Shown: positions 34,456 through 49,400 of the stretch, piece after piece
Layout of the letters: each line of letters starts with the position of its first letter
How positions within the stretch are numbered: the stretch's first letter is position 1
NCBI GenBank assembly: GCA_964036045.1
Contig: OZ038378.1
Span: 125,984,001 to 126,048,000, forward strand
Source of the DNA: Eutreptiella sp. 'Long Island Sound 2002'
Lineage: Eukaryota > Protista > Euglenida
DNA: 64,000 nt
Direction: 5' to 3'
The notes under the pieces: generated by a model
What the model saw: the letters and a program-made list of their open reading frames with translations, nothing else
What the model was told of the DNA's origin: nothing
The model's database searches: none
Program-made: the position numbers and the translations under genes

Positions 34456-36989
34456 GACCCCTTCACTTTTCTGAGCTCTTGGGGCTTTCAAGCCCATACG
34501 ACATTGGGCATCGGTTGTCGGCGCCATCGACACTGCGAATGTATGTGTGATCTGGTCCCATGGCATACTCAGGGATCCAGACCGTGGGTGAGTGTGTGTG
34601 AGTTGCTGGCCTACGGGCAGTTTTCTCCCCCATTCCCCCTGATGACGCCTTATCCTGACCGGGACATGGTTTGTTGCTCCTCACGGGCTGTTTACATGCC
34701 TTTTGACCTGTGCTATGTCATTGCTGTGGCCTCCAGGATGCGTGTCATTGGCTGCTGATTTTGCTCTGAAATCCTGTTTTGACCTGTTTTCCTATACATC
34801 CTACTTCGGCGGCTCCAGAGGCTGTTAATCACCCTGAGGATCGCCATGTACATGCCTACACGGTCCCGCTGGACCAGTACGGAACCACAGATGGTCCCCA
34901 TAAAGGGCCTCGAGTCGACATACGGAGGCGACCATGATCGCTATGTACATTTCATTACATATGGTCGAGTTGGACCAGTACTTAAGTACACATTGTGCCT
35001 GTGATACCGTGTGTCCGTGAATGTGCCTGTGGCTGGGATCCTGAAGGCGCCAGGCTGAAAGCCCAGTTGCCTGAAGTGAACTCCGAGCATTCGACCACTG
35101 TCAGTCCCAGTGTGAGCCTACCAACTTGCCTCCGCAGTCGGGTGGTGACCTTCAGCGTCCTGACCTCGGGCAGTCTGCGTGGGAAAATGGTGTTTTGAGG
35201 AGTCGACGCCTCCACCCGGACTGCAAGGGGAGTCCCCCATGCATGGCCCTCGTGGTAATGGGGCGAGGGAGAAGACGGCGTTGATGCCCGATCCATTATG
35301 GAGGAGGTCGTGCGGCTTTACCACTCAGGACTCGCGTCGCGGATATGGACATGGTGCGCCCTTGGCAGGACCTGTGGCGACTCTCCTCCAGCCTGCAGCC
35401 GTAGGGAGCCTGGACCGTCCTGACGGATCTCTGTGGTCGCTCTTGACCCGTGGGACCACCTCAGTCGTCGTGTGACGCCTATGTTGGCGATGTATGCCAC
35501 TGCCACTGTGGTGGTGACCGTCGCAGCCAGCACACTGTGCGCCTGGTATGGGTTAACGGGTCCTTTGGATGCCAACAATTGCCGCAAGGACCCGCGACTT
35601 GATACTGCATACGTTACCAGCTTTTACATGCATTTACAGGTCCTACTTGTCTGTTTTTAAGGAACTTCAGCAATATTTGGAGAATTATTACCGTTTATGA
35701 GGGGAATCGGAGTCATGTGGAGATCCTGACCGAAGTGTGGACCTGGGGAGGCAAACTCCCTCCCGGACCCCAACCTGTAGACTGGTATGGCCCCAAATGG
35801 TCGGCAAATGATCAAACCATTGTTTCGGGAGCGGTTCAACTTTCACGATAGGTTTGAGTTCGTTGAACATGCAGCCTTACAAGAATTTCTCCACGTTCCT
35901 ACGCATCAATTCTTGGTAGAGGCAAAGGCATAGGCTTTGTTGAGAGCTCAATCCTCTAATGTTCCATCATATTTGTAGATTGCACATCGGGCTGCTCCCA
36001 AACGATAACGCTATTGCTGAAAGAGAATGATCCGGCTCTACCTCACGAGCGCCCTCTATCACGATGGACTCGCACGTATACAGAAGAGGAGTGTGTGGTC
36101 TTCATCCAACAGATAGTGTGGTCTTCATCCACGGATAATTCAAAGATTCGATCTCGTATCCGCATGCTCATCTCTGCAAAGGCCTTCTGATTGTTGCGCA
36201 ACTCGGGGTTCAATTAGGAGTAAATCACGATTCCAAAGGCAAGCAAACTTCATAACGAACAAACAACCAAGCAACCAAGCAAAGGGCTAAAAGATAAAAG
36301 GGTAAAACGTCCCAAGCATGTTGCCTAGAGGCAAAACCATAAACCATAACAACAGGACACTGGAGGTTGGGAACCGGGAGATTAGTCACCAAGGTGCCCG
36401 GGTGACACCACGGGTCCTTGGGATCTCTTGGTGAATGTGTAGTAGTCGCGGGTATAGGCTTTGTACTTCGGGCGGAAGCAGAAGCGCTGTGTCCACGAAG
36501 GAGAAGAGGATGTAACAAGAACAAGACTCACACAAACCAAACAAGCACAAATCACCGTGCTTAAAATGAAGCATTTCACCGAGTCAACGCAGAAAAGTAC
36601 CCAATTGGATACTTACGAAACAAAATCAAATACAAAGGCTTTGGCCTTTTTTGGCCAAGCCCCTACTACCAGGAAAGCAATTTTCTATTGACTCGGTTTT
36701 CGTTTCAATTATATTAAATGTACCCAAACCATTTTGGGTTGTGTTTGTGCATGTGTTTGTTTGTGTGTGATGCATGCAAACCATACACTCCTTATTTCGT
36801 TGGTTTTCGTTGTAAAAATGATAAACCGTGGAAGTTGACTAAACACACAGGAAGCAAAGCAAAGCAAAAGCACATCAAGATTGAGGCACTGCACTCCTCA
36901 CTACGGCATAAGCGCATCTTTATTGTCTATGCCGAACCTTGTTGAAATTCCCCAGATAGAAAGGAGGCCCCCATGCCTGATGTGCCCCC

Positions 36990-37672
36990 GGGCCCATCCA
37001 TGCATGGAATCACCACGGACTGCATGCCTATAAGCACGCAAAGGTGAAATAAATTAACCGATCACAATTCACATTGATGATCAAACATATATGCTTTGCA
37101 AAAAGCTTCTGTCACCTAAATATCGCAACACATGGACGCACATATGTGTGGAACATTGTATTTAATCATGATGATATGCATGAAGGTAAACAAGACAACA
37201 ATCAACGAGCTTGCATGAATGAATATGGCCACATGCCATGTGGGTGAATGACAATTGATGGATAACAAAAAAGCAAACATAATATAAACAGAGACGCATG
37301 CCCGTACACAGCAAATGCGTTATCTTGCAAATGAACATCCGTCAGCCTTTACACATTAGGCCAATCATGCCTTGAGCGCCATGCAATCATTCACATATGT
37401 TCGACTCATTCTAATACATCGTCAGCATGGCAGCGAGTTTTACCTTCATCATTCCTCATACCGATGATCCCAAGAGAGTTAAAATACATCGGAACTGACT
37501 GAATCGAATCTGTCCAAAGAGAATCGCACTAACGGCGAATCATAATCTGAATTCTGTCAAAATTCAATGTACGCACGTACAACTGATAGTACTGACTGCA
37601 ACGGCACAAAGCGGCGCCTTGTGGACGCATCTGCAAAGAAAAGCAGCAGACACTGCACGATTGTAAGATTGA
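36990..37672 (-). repeat. Dispersed repeat A, inverted copy (about 680 bp)
   Basis: Reverse complement of 41651-42325; shares GTACATTGAATTTTGACAGAATTCAGATTATGATTC (peptide QLYVRTLNFDRIQIMI in both). Confidence 0.85.
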
Positions 37673-38654
37673 CGCTTTCCCGTGGGGGGGGGCAGGCCAC
37701 AGGACGCTGCGGCGGACACGCAAGCAAGCAGGCAGGCAAAGCACTGCGCTGAGAGGGGCATCCTCATAGAACAAAGCGTTCTAGGATATTGGCCACTCTG
37801 AAACAAAACTAAAATATGTACAAAAACACATCAGGGTATGTACACAGGTGGGTTAGGCCATGTACTAGGCTAGGGGCGCCTCAGGGCAATGGACACTCAG
37901 TCCTCAACCATATCCCATCCCTAGCTCCCACCTCCTCAGTGGCACGCAGGTACGGGGGTTCAAATACAACCCATGGCCTGGCCAAACTAGACCCTAGATC
38001 CCTGCCAAGGGAGAGGGCTCCCGACCAGCCACGGGCGGGTTCCCGGAAACCAATATACTCCAAGGCCAACTGACAATTGTCCCCCATGCTGTTCTAATGG
38101 CAGGTCCCAATTCTTTTATGAGCCGGTTATATGGCCCCGCAATCATCCCCAAGGAGTTGGGGGCAGAAAATGGGCTGTTTCAGCCCATCCCAACCATGGC
38201 TCAAAAAGGCCCGAAATTGACCCCTCAGCTGGGCAACACGAGGGCAGGGGCGAGGCAACCAACCCCTCACACGTCAGGTAGGAACTCTCCAAAGGCACCA
38301 TGCAACTTGGTTCCCCCAGATTCTCCGGCAGTCTGGCGCCACGAGGTCGCCACGTGGGGTCAGGATGCCCAGATTGACAAAATCGGCCATCTCGGGTGGT
38401 CGACAAGGGTTGGTTTGCTTGGGGATTTCGTCAAGCCAAGCCTTGATCCACGGGCCTCCATAACCCTCCTAGTCTCGTGCATCGGCGTTTGGCCTGCTGT
38501 CACGTTGGCTGCTTGCCGTTCTCGAGGGGATGGTCACACGACGGGGCAAAAAACAGCAAGAAAGGGAAATTTTGGTAACGTGGCACGCGCCATAAGTTGC
38601 ATAGCTCCGGCTAGGCCGGAGGAGCAAATACGAAACTGTAGGGCGATTGACCCT

Positions 38655-40010
38655 TGATCATATGCTACGAGAATCGCCACTTATTTCCGGCCAACTCCCT
38701 TCCCCCATGGAGATATGGTATTTTCAACCCGGCCTAAAACTGCAAAAACAGCAAAAATTTGCCTAAACGGCCGACACTCACGATCCCATATCTCCATGGT
38801 CATGGTGAGCAATAATCTAACGGAGGTTGCTATAGACACATGGGACTTAGGTCCCAATAGATGCCCCACGTAACCCTCCAGGTCGCCTCTAACCATTTTT
38901 CCCTTGAGCGAAAAAATGGTACAGGAAAAATAGCAAGAAGCAGCATACCCAATCCTGAGCCACCATTGGCACTACCATCCCAAGGAGGGGACACAAGGGG
39001 ATGCACCCTATGCGACGGGATTTATGTCCGGTTTCCAAATAGCCCTTAACCTCGGACATCGGGCGCACACAGCCCGGGGGCGAAAATTAAGGGGGAGATG
39101 GGGTTTGGTGCCATTGTCGCCAAAAAGGGGGTTAGTAGTCCCAAAAAGTGTTTACACCAAAAATGTTACCGCCGGTTCCCAAGGGAGATGGACTTTGGGC
39201 TTTTGCATGGAAGCAATGAAGAGCCTTAAGTCCCTTTATCAACATTAGTTCGGGTCCGAAGCAGGAGAAAACCATTTTTAACACTTCGGCCCTTGGAGCA
39301 CACGAAAAGTGGAAAATATGACCAAAAGGCCAATGTTGGGACATATATACCCTTGGGACACCAAGGCCCATACAATATGGCATATACCCAAATTGGAGGA
39401 CCCATACTAAGTGTTCTCAAACATGCTCACTATGGGTGAAGTCCTCCCTTGGATCCCAAGTGAATGATGCATGCATACGGGCACGTGTGCAAAATGCACG
39501 CTTGGCGCGCGTGCCCACAAGACAATGTTACCTAAAGTAGTAGATAGGCTTGGATAAATCAAACAAGCCATGCACAATGCCGTTAGGGCTCTCTACTTTG
39601 CATGTTGACTTGATTCGAGGCCCATGTGGCCCTTGGCTTCGAGAAGTTTTGGCTAAATTTTAGAGGAAAAGCCATCCTTTCAAGCGACCATGTTTTGGCG
39701 CGCATTGAATTGCGTCGATCCATCGTTGAGTGGGCTCCAAAATCGAAAATGTCCTAGGGCTATTGGTCTTGTGAGCATTCTGTTAAGTTATTTACCTTCA
39801 TGCTCACAAGTACACAACGTTAGAGTTTGTGCACAATTTTGACTTGTGTTTTTCACGCCCATGTGTGTCCCAAAACACGCGCCATTAAGGCACTTCCCCA
39901 AAAGAAGCGATATGCCAATGTGAAAGGGGCATGAAAGAAAGGCACTGGGGGCGATGTAGAGTTCTCTACGAATTCATGGTCTATGCGAACCATGCGTTTG
40001 GTTGCCCGAC
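38655..40010 (+). repeat. Dispersed repeat B, copy 1 (about 1.35 kb, probably non-coding transposon arm)
   Basis: Colinear, moderately diverged match to 42325-43720 (CATATGCTAC.AGA, CCATGGAGATATGGT, TTCCCAAGGGAGATG..CTTTGGG.TTTTGCATGGAAGCAA). Confidence 0.8.
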
Positions 40011-41650
40011 AGAAAGGTTAACGCGTCAATTTTCTCCCAGACGCGACGGCGTAAAATTCTGTGAACTACACCAGATGAAAGTATATGAAATACCCTACAG
40101 ATCCATCACTTAACTTCCTTTCCAACCTCAAAGGTACAGGAGGAACGGACGAAACAAAACTCGCCACAGGTAAACGCCGCAAACTCGCGCGCAGGCAACG
40201 ACGGGCGACATTTTCACGGCGGGAGGAAATCGGGTCAGAAAAATCGATTTTAATCGATTCCCCGCAAGATTCGATCATTAAATTGAAATTAAAACAATTG
40301 CTGATTGATTTAATCGATTGCGAAGGTTAGAGGCGGGATCGGTCCCATGCTGATTCCCAATGGGCTGGAGGAAACATATCCCCACAAGCAGGACGGAGAA
40401 TAGACATAGGTCACGGGGAGGGACAGACATTTGCCCTATGGGCCATGGGGTCCGGGATACCGCTTCACCCCCCTCCTTAGAGCAAACCATGGGGGGACTC
40501 GATCACACCTAAGCATGGCAGCGGGTAGCCAGGACAACCGCGTCGCCATGAAGGACGATCGTGATGAGTTTCCTTCGTGATTCGGTTGTTCCATCGTATC
40601 GTGACTTTGGAGTATCGCACGTTTGGGGAATGGGACGAGCTGGGATAATTGAGGTTTGTTCGTCATCAATAGAAACAAGACCAGTGGCTTTAAATCCACC
40701 TCGAAGTCCGGTGTCTCGCTGGCAAGGTAGCGAAGGAGGTTACCCTGCAGGACGGGGAGCGGGCGAACTTCTGTTTCCTTTCTTACCACTTTTTTGGTCC
40801 ATTTGTCAGTTTGGTCGTTGGTTAGTTCATTGTTTTGTCCTTCGTTTTCGAACGTCGTTATGTTGCAATTCCTAGCATTTGCTACGTACCGGAGTCTCAG
40901 CCTGTCATGAATTGTCCATATTTTGCGTGTGTTTTTTGTTTTCTAGGTGGTCTGCAACCTCCTCCATCCACCGTGACGCCGAGCATCTCCACACCTGCGT
41001 GGCTGTTTTGGTAATTGTGGTTGCCATGTTCGCTGCCTTTGGCTATGGGTGTGATGATTCCGCCGCTCAGTACAAATTGAGGTCCAACCAAGTGGTGCGT
41101 TCATTTCCTGGCTCCTTGCATCGTCCAAGAAATGTCTGGGTTCATTACACCCACGGCGTAAATCCTCCTTGAAGGAACAGATGAGTACCTCGGATTGGTG
41201 CATCAAGGTTGAGGCGGCTGACTTCAACTAGTGCCAACCTTGCAGAGCTGTTGCCGTTGCGTGGCTGCCAGGATTGGTTACCTGTCCTGCTATCTGTGCA
41301 TAACTGTACCAACTCTGCTGTTTGTAAAAAATAAATATGTCTGTGCTGGATGTCAGGTTAGACATTGCTGTACAATATCACAGTATTTGGACACAGGGTG
41401 ACTTCAGCAACCCAGACTGGAACAGGTATCACATGCTACCCCCTGGGATGATTTCGGTCTGTTCTGAGAAGGTGATGAATTGATCATTGAGCCCTGTATA
41501 CCTTGGTAGATACCTGTCTCATGTTTAATGCATTGTTGTAGCACCCCCTGAGACATCCCACCTACACTGTCGCGTCGGAGGGGAGTAAGAAGAACCTCTT
41601 TTCTACTTAGGTGCTATAATGACAGCTGTTTTGCAGGGTGATATTCATGT

Positions 41651-42325
41651 TACAATCCTGCCGTGTCTGCTTCTTTTCTTTGCAGATGCGTCGACAAGGC
41701 GCTGCTTTCTGCCGTCGCAGTCAGTATTGTCAATTGTACGTACGTACATTGAATTTTGACAGAATTCAGATTATGATTCTCGGTTTGTGCGATTCTCTTT
41801 GGACAGATTCCATTCAGTCAGTTCCCATGTATTTTAGATCTCTTGGGGTCATCAGTATGAGGAATGATGAAGGTAAAACCCGATGCGATGCTGACGAGGT
41901 ATTAGAATGAGTAGAACATATGTGAATGACGGCATGGCGCTCAACGGATCATTGGCCTCATTGATAAAGGCTGAGCGACGTTCATTTGCAAGATAACGCA
42001 TTTGCTGTGTACACGCATGCCTCTTAGTTTATATGATGGTCGCTTTGTTGCTATGGACCAATTGTGATTCACTCACATGGCATGTGGCCATGTTCATACA
42101 TGCAAGCTCCGTGATTGTTGTCTTGTTGACCTTCATGTATATCATCATGATTCCATACAATGCTCCATACATACATGTGTCCTTGTGTTGAGATATTTAG
42201 GTCGGTGAAGCTTTTTGCAAAGCATATTTGTTTGATCATCAATGTGAATTATCATTGGTTAATTTGTTTCTCCTTTGTGTGCCTATAGGCATGTAGTCCG
42301 TTGAGATCCCGGCCATGCATTGACG
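41651..42325 (+). repeat. Dispersed repeat A, forward copy
   Basis: See the inverted copy at 36990-37672. Confidence 0.85.
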
Positions 42326-43720
42326 GGTCATATGCTACAAGACTCACCTCTCTCCCTGGCTAGGTCCCTTGTTCCATGGAGATATGGTGTTCCCAACTTG
42401 GCCTAAAATAACACAAACAACGAAATTTGCCAGAAGCAGGCCACTCTCACTATCCCTGATTTCCATGGTAATGGGCTGCTACAATCCAACCAACTGCGCT
42501 ATGGAAGCATGGGACTTAGATCCAATATATGCCCAATATCGGCCCTGGAGGTTGCCTCTAGCCTTTTTCCCCTTGGCGTAAAAATGATACACTACAAATG
42601 GCAAGCAGCAACATACCCCATATTGGGTCACCCATGGATCTCCCATCCCAAGGTGAGGATATATGGGGACATAGCCTATTCAAGGCGGGTTGCGCTTCCC
42701 CTTGCAGAATTGCCCTTAAGCTTGGATACTGGCTGCAGACACCCCCGGGGCTGAAATGAGGAGGAGAGTGAGTTGGGGATCATTGTGGTCGGAAAGAGGG
42801 TTAGTCGTCTAAAGGCTGATCAACCCGAAAATTGTCTGCCCGATTCCCAAGGGAGATGAGCTTTGGGATTTTGCATGGAAGCAACCAAAAGCCTTAAGTC
42901 CCTTAGTGTTTGCATTCAAGACACAAGAAAAGCATTTTTAACACTTCGATCCTTGAAGCACACAAAAAGTGAAAAAAAGGGCCAAAACGCCAATATTGGG
43001 ACACATCTACCAACAGAGCACCAGAGTACATACAATATGGCATATGGCTGAAGTGATGGACCCATACTAACTGTTGACAAACATGCTTACTATGGCTCAA
43101 GTCCTCCCTCGGATTCCAAGTCAAATGTGCATGCCTATGGGCATATGTGCAAAATGAAGAAATTACCCGCGTGCGCACAAGGCAATATTATATTAAATGG
43201 TAGACAAGCTTGGAAAAATCCAACAAGCCCTCCACCATGACCTTCCTGGTCTCTACATTTTTCATGTTGCCTTGGTTCGAGGTCCAATTCGCCGTAGGCT
43301 TCAAGAACAACCCTTGGCGCCACGGCCATTTCGGCCAAATTTTAGAAGAAACGTCGTCTGTTCAAATGACCATTTTTTGGTACGCATTGAATTTCTCGGA
43401 GGCATTGTTGAGTTAGCTACAAGATTCAAAATAACCTCGGACTTTTGGTCTTGTGAGCATTGTGACACGTGATTTACATTCGTGCTTGCAGGTACACAAA
43501 GGTAGCATTTGCGCACGATAAATACTTGAGTTTTTTGCACCCTTAAGTGCTCCAAAAAAACCCTATAAGGCGCTTCAGCAAAGGAAACGATATGCGCATG
43601 TGAACGGGATATGAAACGAATGCAAAGGGGGAGATGTAGAGTTCCCAACAAACGCATGGTCTATGGTACCCATGAGTTTGGTCAGCTAACGGAAAGGCTT
43701 GCGCGTCGATTTTCTCCATG
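42325..43720 (+). repeat. Dispersed repeat B, copy 2
   Basis: See copy 1. Confidence 0.8.
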
Positions 43721-44417
43721 GCTTCGACGCCTCAAAATCAGAAAATCCATTGCGGGATGGTCTTGTTGGCCAAAATAATGATTTTACAAGGGGTTGGACA
43801 TCCAATATCATACCTTGGGGTATGCTACCCGAATGACCCCAAAAAAGGGGGGGTATACGACGCCCGCGCCTGCGCTTGATCTAACAACCTCTCCTCAAGC
43901 TGATTTTACTTGTAATGGTGTTTTTGAACGCAATTCTAACATTCATAAAGCATCAAACGAAATGTGAGGGCAGGTCGATATATGAGCATCAAGGAGAACA
44001 TGACAGGGTACATCAAGGTTTAGAGGCCGGGTCACAGACAACGCCCTACCGCTGTTCGCATTCCAAAACATGCGCAAAAAAACATCTAAATGGTAAGTGC
44101 TTTGCTTCTATCGTGCCCATTGTGTGTGATTCTTAACAAAGCAAGATGATTGCGACAATGATTAGGACAACCAACAGTCACCATACACTTCAGGGCGGTG
44201 GAGTGGGCATTGCGGCTATGTGGTTCGGCCACCAAAGCAAGCCACTCTATAGTCAATCATAGGCTTTAACCACGATGAAATATAACATGCATACCAATGA
44301 TTAACAAAGATAGGGATGCTTAAACCAAGTAGGCCTTGTTCCCGTTTCGTTTCCGTCTTCGCTCTATTTCTCTTGCCTCTCCCTTTGCAAAGACTAAATA
44401 GAAGTAAGTCAGTGAGT

Positions 44418-44422
<5 letters not shown>

Positions 44423-44462
<40 letters not shown>
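44423..44462. repeat. (GA)n microsatellite
   Basis: Direct reading. Confidence 0.95.
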
Positions 44463-44463
<1 letters not shown>

Positions 44464-45249
44464 CTCCATTTGCTTGAGACACGGTGAGTAGTGAGTGAGC
44501 CTAGGATAGCCAAACCCTGGTAGAGCACCTTTGCCTTTGCCGAAATTAGTTGTTGCCTGAGTAGGTCTCAAAACAGGTGTTTTCCAAGCACCATAGCACA
44601 AATGCCACCCCTCCCTCGCACTAGTCTTAGGTGTATGTCGCCTTAGGGCCTTAGGCGCACGGGCATACTTAGGTGTCAGGGCAAGTACATGAATTGGGCC
44701 CGTTGAAACGGAGGGAGTTAGCATGGACTTTGTTTTCTATTGATGGGGTACCTTCCACTGTTCGGCAACTCATCAACCGGATACCCCAACCCGCATAACA
44801 CAGCAACTATACAATGAATTGTCTATGGTCCCTATGCCAGATGAAAGATGTGTCCGCGACGTTACAATTGGAGGTGATATCAAATGAAACTTGCCCCAAG
44901 CGCCCAAAAGGCCCGGCCCCAACCTAGGGCACGAAACCCGGCCGGCACGGCCACCCCGGAAACCGACAGTAGAATGAAAAACCCACGAACTAGACCGAAG
45001 AAGGCCGAAACCGGAGAACGGACACCCCGTACCCGCCCCGTTAAAATTACTTGGGGCACACGGCAACAATGGACACAACAAAAGACCGCGGACCCACACC
45101 CCCTTCGCTCCCCCGTCACACGTACGACTCCATACGCCGTGATAAGGAGAACCCTACTAGTGCGGGTGCACTTATACCAGCGGTGATCGCAATGCAACCA
45201 TAATCCAACCACAGACGCAGGCGTCCGCTCCGACCCCGGCCTAGGTGGA

Positions 45250-46170
45250 CCGCTATACATTTTTGTGGGTGAGCAAACGGCTGCCTGCCACGTGGCCCAG
45301 CCGCAATTCGTGGCCTGCCCCGCTGCAATACCACACACCATCCGGAGGTGGCACCGCTGTGGAATGGGGTACGCACATATGCTACGTTGCATATGAGGAG
45401 GGCTGCTGCCAAATAGCTGACGGCCCTAACCTATGTCACTGGCCCCGGACAACACATGACGGTTGTCCCGAATGCATGGACCCATACGCAACCATAGCCC
45501 TACCTAGCGACCCATGGCACAAATTGAGCCCCTCGTGCCACCAAGACTCCTGTCTTGTTCCCTCCTCAGAGGCTGCAGAACGTGCCTCACACCCTTAGTG
45601 AGTCGACCAAACCTACGTCACCACAATAATTTGGGTCCTAACTCATAGACTACCGGAGTACCACGAGGCACATGACATAACCACCAAAACACAACATTGG
45701 AACACCCGGACGTTGCTCCCGGAGTATGACGCTTGGGAGCCCTTCATGTATGAAGACCTAATTAGTCATGGACATGCACACCACTGCCTCCACTATTTGG
45801 ATCACCGGCACGACCTCCTTGGGATTCCATGTCATGACTTGGATGGGACGGCTGGTCGCGGCAAATGGAGACCTGCTTGTTGACAATGGCATCAACAGCA
45901 CCCGGGCACCCGGCAACATGCAAGTAGACCGCGCATTTCCGGCATGGTATCGGGACCGGCAAGCACGGAGGGCCACTAATGGAGACCAGGTACCATCAAC
46001 CTAGGATCAACAAGGGAATCCCGATGCCACGGAAGGTAGGTACGTGCTGCGAAAAATGGGTCCAAGAAACACCGAACAACAACAATACACCCCGGCCTGG
46101 CTGCATCAGCAAGATACCACCCTGGACAAACCTGTGGAGCCGCACCATGGCTAAGACATACTCCTGAAAG
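45250..46170 (+). mobile_element. Highly decayed probable non-LTR retrotransposon 3' remnant
   Basis: Fragmentary Cys/His/Trp-rich peptides; weak similarity of about 46060-46150 to the reverse complement of about 51700-51790. No RT core motif readable. Confidence 0.25.
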
Positions 46171-46899
46171 CAAGGAGAGCTAAGAAGATGAGAGAAACAA
46201 TGCAGCTCCGTACGAAATTCGTGCGAAGTTCCTACGAATTCGCACCAGGTTTGTCCAAAGTTCACAAGCACGAAGGGGGCACACGTTCGGTTTGCATTTT
46301 GAGTGCAAATCTAAGCAAATTCGACGAGATCTAAGTGAATATTGGTAACCAACTGGCAAAAGAAATGCCAAATATCAGCACATTTGCAGTGGCGACATTT
46401 TGGTCAAAATAGCGTGAGGAACAAAAAAGATCCCACCAAGGAGCGGGCAAAACACGACACAGAGTGGACAAATCCGCGCATTGCGTCAATCGCTCATTCA
46501 AACAACCGATGCACTAAGGGTACAAGGCAAATGAACAGGCGCCACGAGGACGCATGCATGGTGCCGTGTGGGGGCACCGCAGATCACCAAGCATGCAAGG
46601 TTGTTCGAACATTGCTCAACGAGGGAGGAGGAGTTACCACAGCGCCATGAATGCCTGGAAAAGGGGGGGGCCTTAAAAAGGGGGGCTCTTTTGTTAGGGC
46701 GCTTCGCATGCGAGTGTCATGACCTTTTCTAAGCTCACGCTGTGCGTATGGCGGCAACTGGTATGTGTCCGAATCATACCAGGTGCTTGGTGCCCGCCGC
46801 GTTGCCTACGTGGTTTGTTGTGACCGCAAGACATGGGGTTTTGTTACACATTCAATAAGTATTGCATGTGCTTTATCAATAACAGCGGTCTTTAAAGTT

Positions 46900-49400
46900 A
46901 TTTGCTCACTATCGGTGATGTTTGCTTACGTGTTGTTGTTGACGTTAATCGGCTTCACAATGAGCTGGGTACTAACGAGTATTGTTTGTTGTTTGGGCAG
47001 CTTTTGGGGGGCTTTTGGGGGTAATCTTGCAAATACTGTGCGTGCTTGGCTAGTTGTTGTGCCAATCAGGTGAATGCAAAAAACGGGGGGCCGTCTCTGG
47101 AGGTGGTCCGGGGGGGGGGGGGGGGGGCTATTTTGGGGGCAAAGCTTAGTCCACAAACCTATGGAGGGCTTTGCATCAGAATCCGCCCTCGGTTTGCATG
47201 CTGCGCCTCCTCCCTAACGCTGGCAACCTCAACAATCATTTGGGCCTCATGCACTCTAATGCTGGTGGAAAGCCGAAGGAGGCCTGCGTCCAGGTTTCCC
47301 CAACACGTGATTGGTGAATAAACACCCCCCCCCCCCCCTGTGATGTTGTGGGCCTCCAAGACTATACCATTAACCTTTATTCTGACCATCGCTTCTTCCC
47401 TTTCAATTGGCATTTTGACAATCTCCTGTGGTGGAAGGATTTGGGCATCGCCGCCTTCCATCCAACCGTCCCCTAGTGAACATCCGGGACATCACCCACC
47501 CCAAGTGGTAGTCCACCACAGCCCTCCAACGGTATGATGGTGCCTGTACCCCCCCCACTTGTCATTTTCGTGCGAGCCTCCTCCCCGCATGGAACCCCTT
47601 CCCGACCCTGCCACAAATGTGAGGTGCAATCCCCCCGTTGACCACAACACGGTGGGCCTGAGCTAGCCCCCCGTGAACTTTTGTGGATGGCAATGAATAC
47701 ATGGTGTTGCGTTCCTTGGTGAGAGAGAAGAGCTTGGAAGTTCCACGGGGGAAGGTCATGAAGGCATGGGGGCCGGGAGAGGAGAAGGTGCTGGCCCAAA
47801 ATTTGAATTGCTCTTTGACGCCGGGTCGTTAGAGGTCTAGACGAACAATGCCTCCCTCCCCGAGCATGGGCAGAGCAAGAGGGGGTTGTATTTGGTGGTG
47901 GGGACGCCTTTGCCAAAGAAGGCGTCCCCAAAATCTGTTGATGAGGTGCCACGCGTGGGGGACCTCCACCTCATGGGCCCTTGGGCGATGATTGTGGCAA
48001 ATGTCGGTAGTTGTGGTCAACCGACCACACCAATGTGCCCGGCCATCATGTGGAGCTCCCTCCTTCACACACGGACCTCTCAAGATGGCGCCTTCCTACT
48101 TTCCTTTGCGACTCGGACGTCTACTAGGTGGAGGCGGAGGAGGGAACGGCGCTGGGCGCGGTAGGGGATACCAGGTCGGAAACCATTGAGTTGCATAGGG
48201 GGGACATGCTTCTCATGCTGTCAACATGTGGGCACCATGGGATGCGTGCACTGGAGGGCACAACACGGGCTTGAGGGGGCCTTTTTCACCTTTCGGACTC
48301 CGGACGCCAAAGAGCGTTGGCAATAGCCCAACGTCACCCGCCTGGACTGCACGCCCCCCCCCATCTCCTACCTTGGATGTGGGAGCATTGTTGGGTTCAT
48401 GGGATTTGCCATCCGTTTACCAGGTGTTTTGGGTTGGCAGGGGGGCCATCGCGAGGGTGGACTTGTGGTCGGGGGATGCAACTCGGGCCGTCTTCGCCGG
48501 CCCGCCGAAGACGACCCGAGCCCCGTCCCCTTCTCCTTCCACTGGATATTCTTGTCCTCCATCACCCATACCTGAGAACTGCCGGTGCCGGAGACCACGG
48601 AGCACGTTGCAGGTTGCTCCCGGGTGGCGCCGATGGTGGGGTTCAGCTTGCTCTAGCACTTCATCAACAGGGCGTTGCCTTGGAAGAAGCCGAAGGCGGG
48701 GAAGACATGGACACTCACGTGTCTATGCCAGTACCAGGTGTGCCCCAGGCCGAGTGCCTGCTGATGTGCAACAGCATGTGAAATGGTAACAAGTTCACAG
48801 AAAATTTGTCCAAACTTCGGATGAAAGTTGTACCACCAAATGCCACACCTCGTGTCATTTCTCCTACAAATTCATACAAGTTCTTATGACTTGACCACCA
48901 TTTGTTGTAGGTTGCTTATCTTTTGTGCCTTGTGGCCCCCAACCTTGTGCTTCAGTGGGGGTCGGGGCCAAGACGATTTGTTCTCCGTGCAAGATCTTGA
49001 TTCAGAAGGGGTTCGTGCTTGCCTGAGGGGGAGTGCGTGGTGGGCATGTATGCCTACCGCCTCGCCAATGACCATCGGCGCACGCACATTGCGGTGGCGG
49101 GGAAGGGTGGTGGGGCTAGAGAAGGGCACCGGAGGGGACAACCGAGGGCGTGAACGAGGAAGGAGGGGGGGGGGGGGGGCAAGGCTCCAAACCGTGCCAG
49201 TGTTCGCTATCTTCTTTTTGTCCCTCGGGACTAGCATGCGCAGATGGAGGGTGCCAAGGGGCATCTGTTTGCCGTGGCGGCCACCGTCAGGGTAGTGCTT
49301 TCGGTGCATAGAAAGGCTCCTACGGGGGGCAAGGGGCAACGGTCCGCAAAGATCTTCGTAGACCTGCGTTTCTTTAAGGTTGTTGTACACTAGAGACATT
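46900..49400 (-). mobile_element. Highly decayed probable LINE remnant (APE-endonuclease-like fragments)
   Basis: Fragments LVYNNLKETQ, APMVIGE and TFPRGTSKL...GGLAQAHRVVV resemble endonuclease motifs, but frames are broken throughout. Confidence 0.3.

Noticed and set aside
29775-35990. Shared TTTGTAGATTGCA at about 29778 and 35972 as a target-site duplication or LTR remnant around the Gypsy
   Set aside because: The match is only 13 nt, does not extend, and is not at the element boundaries.
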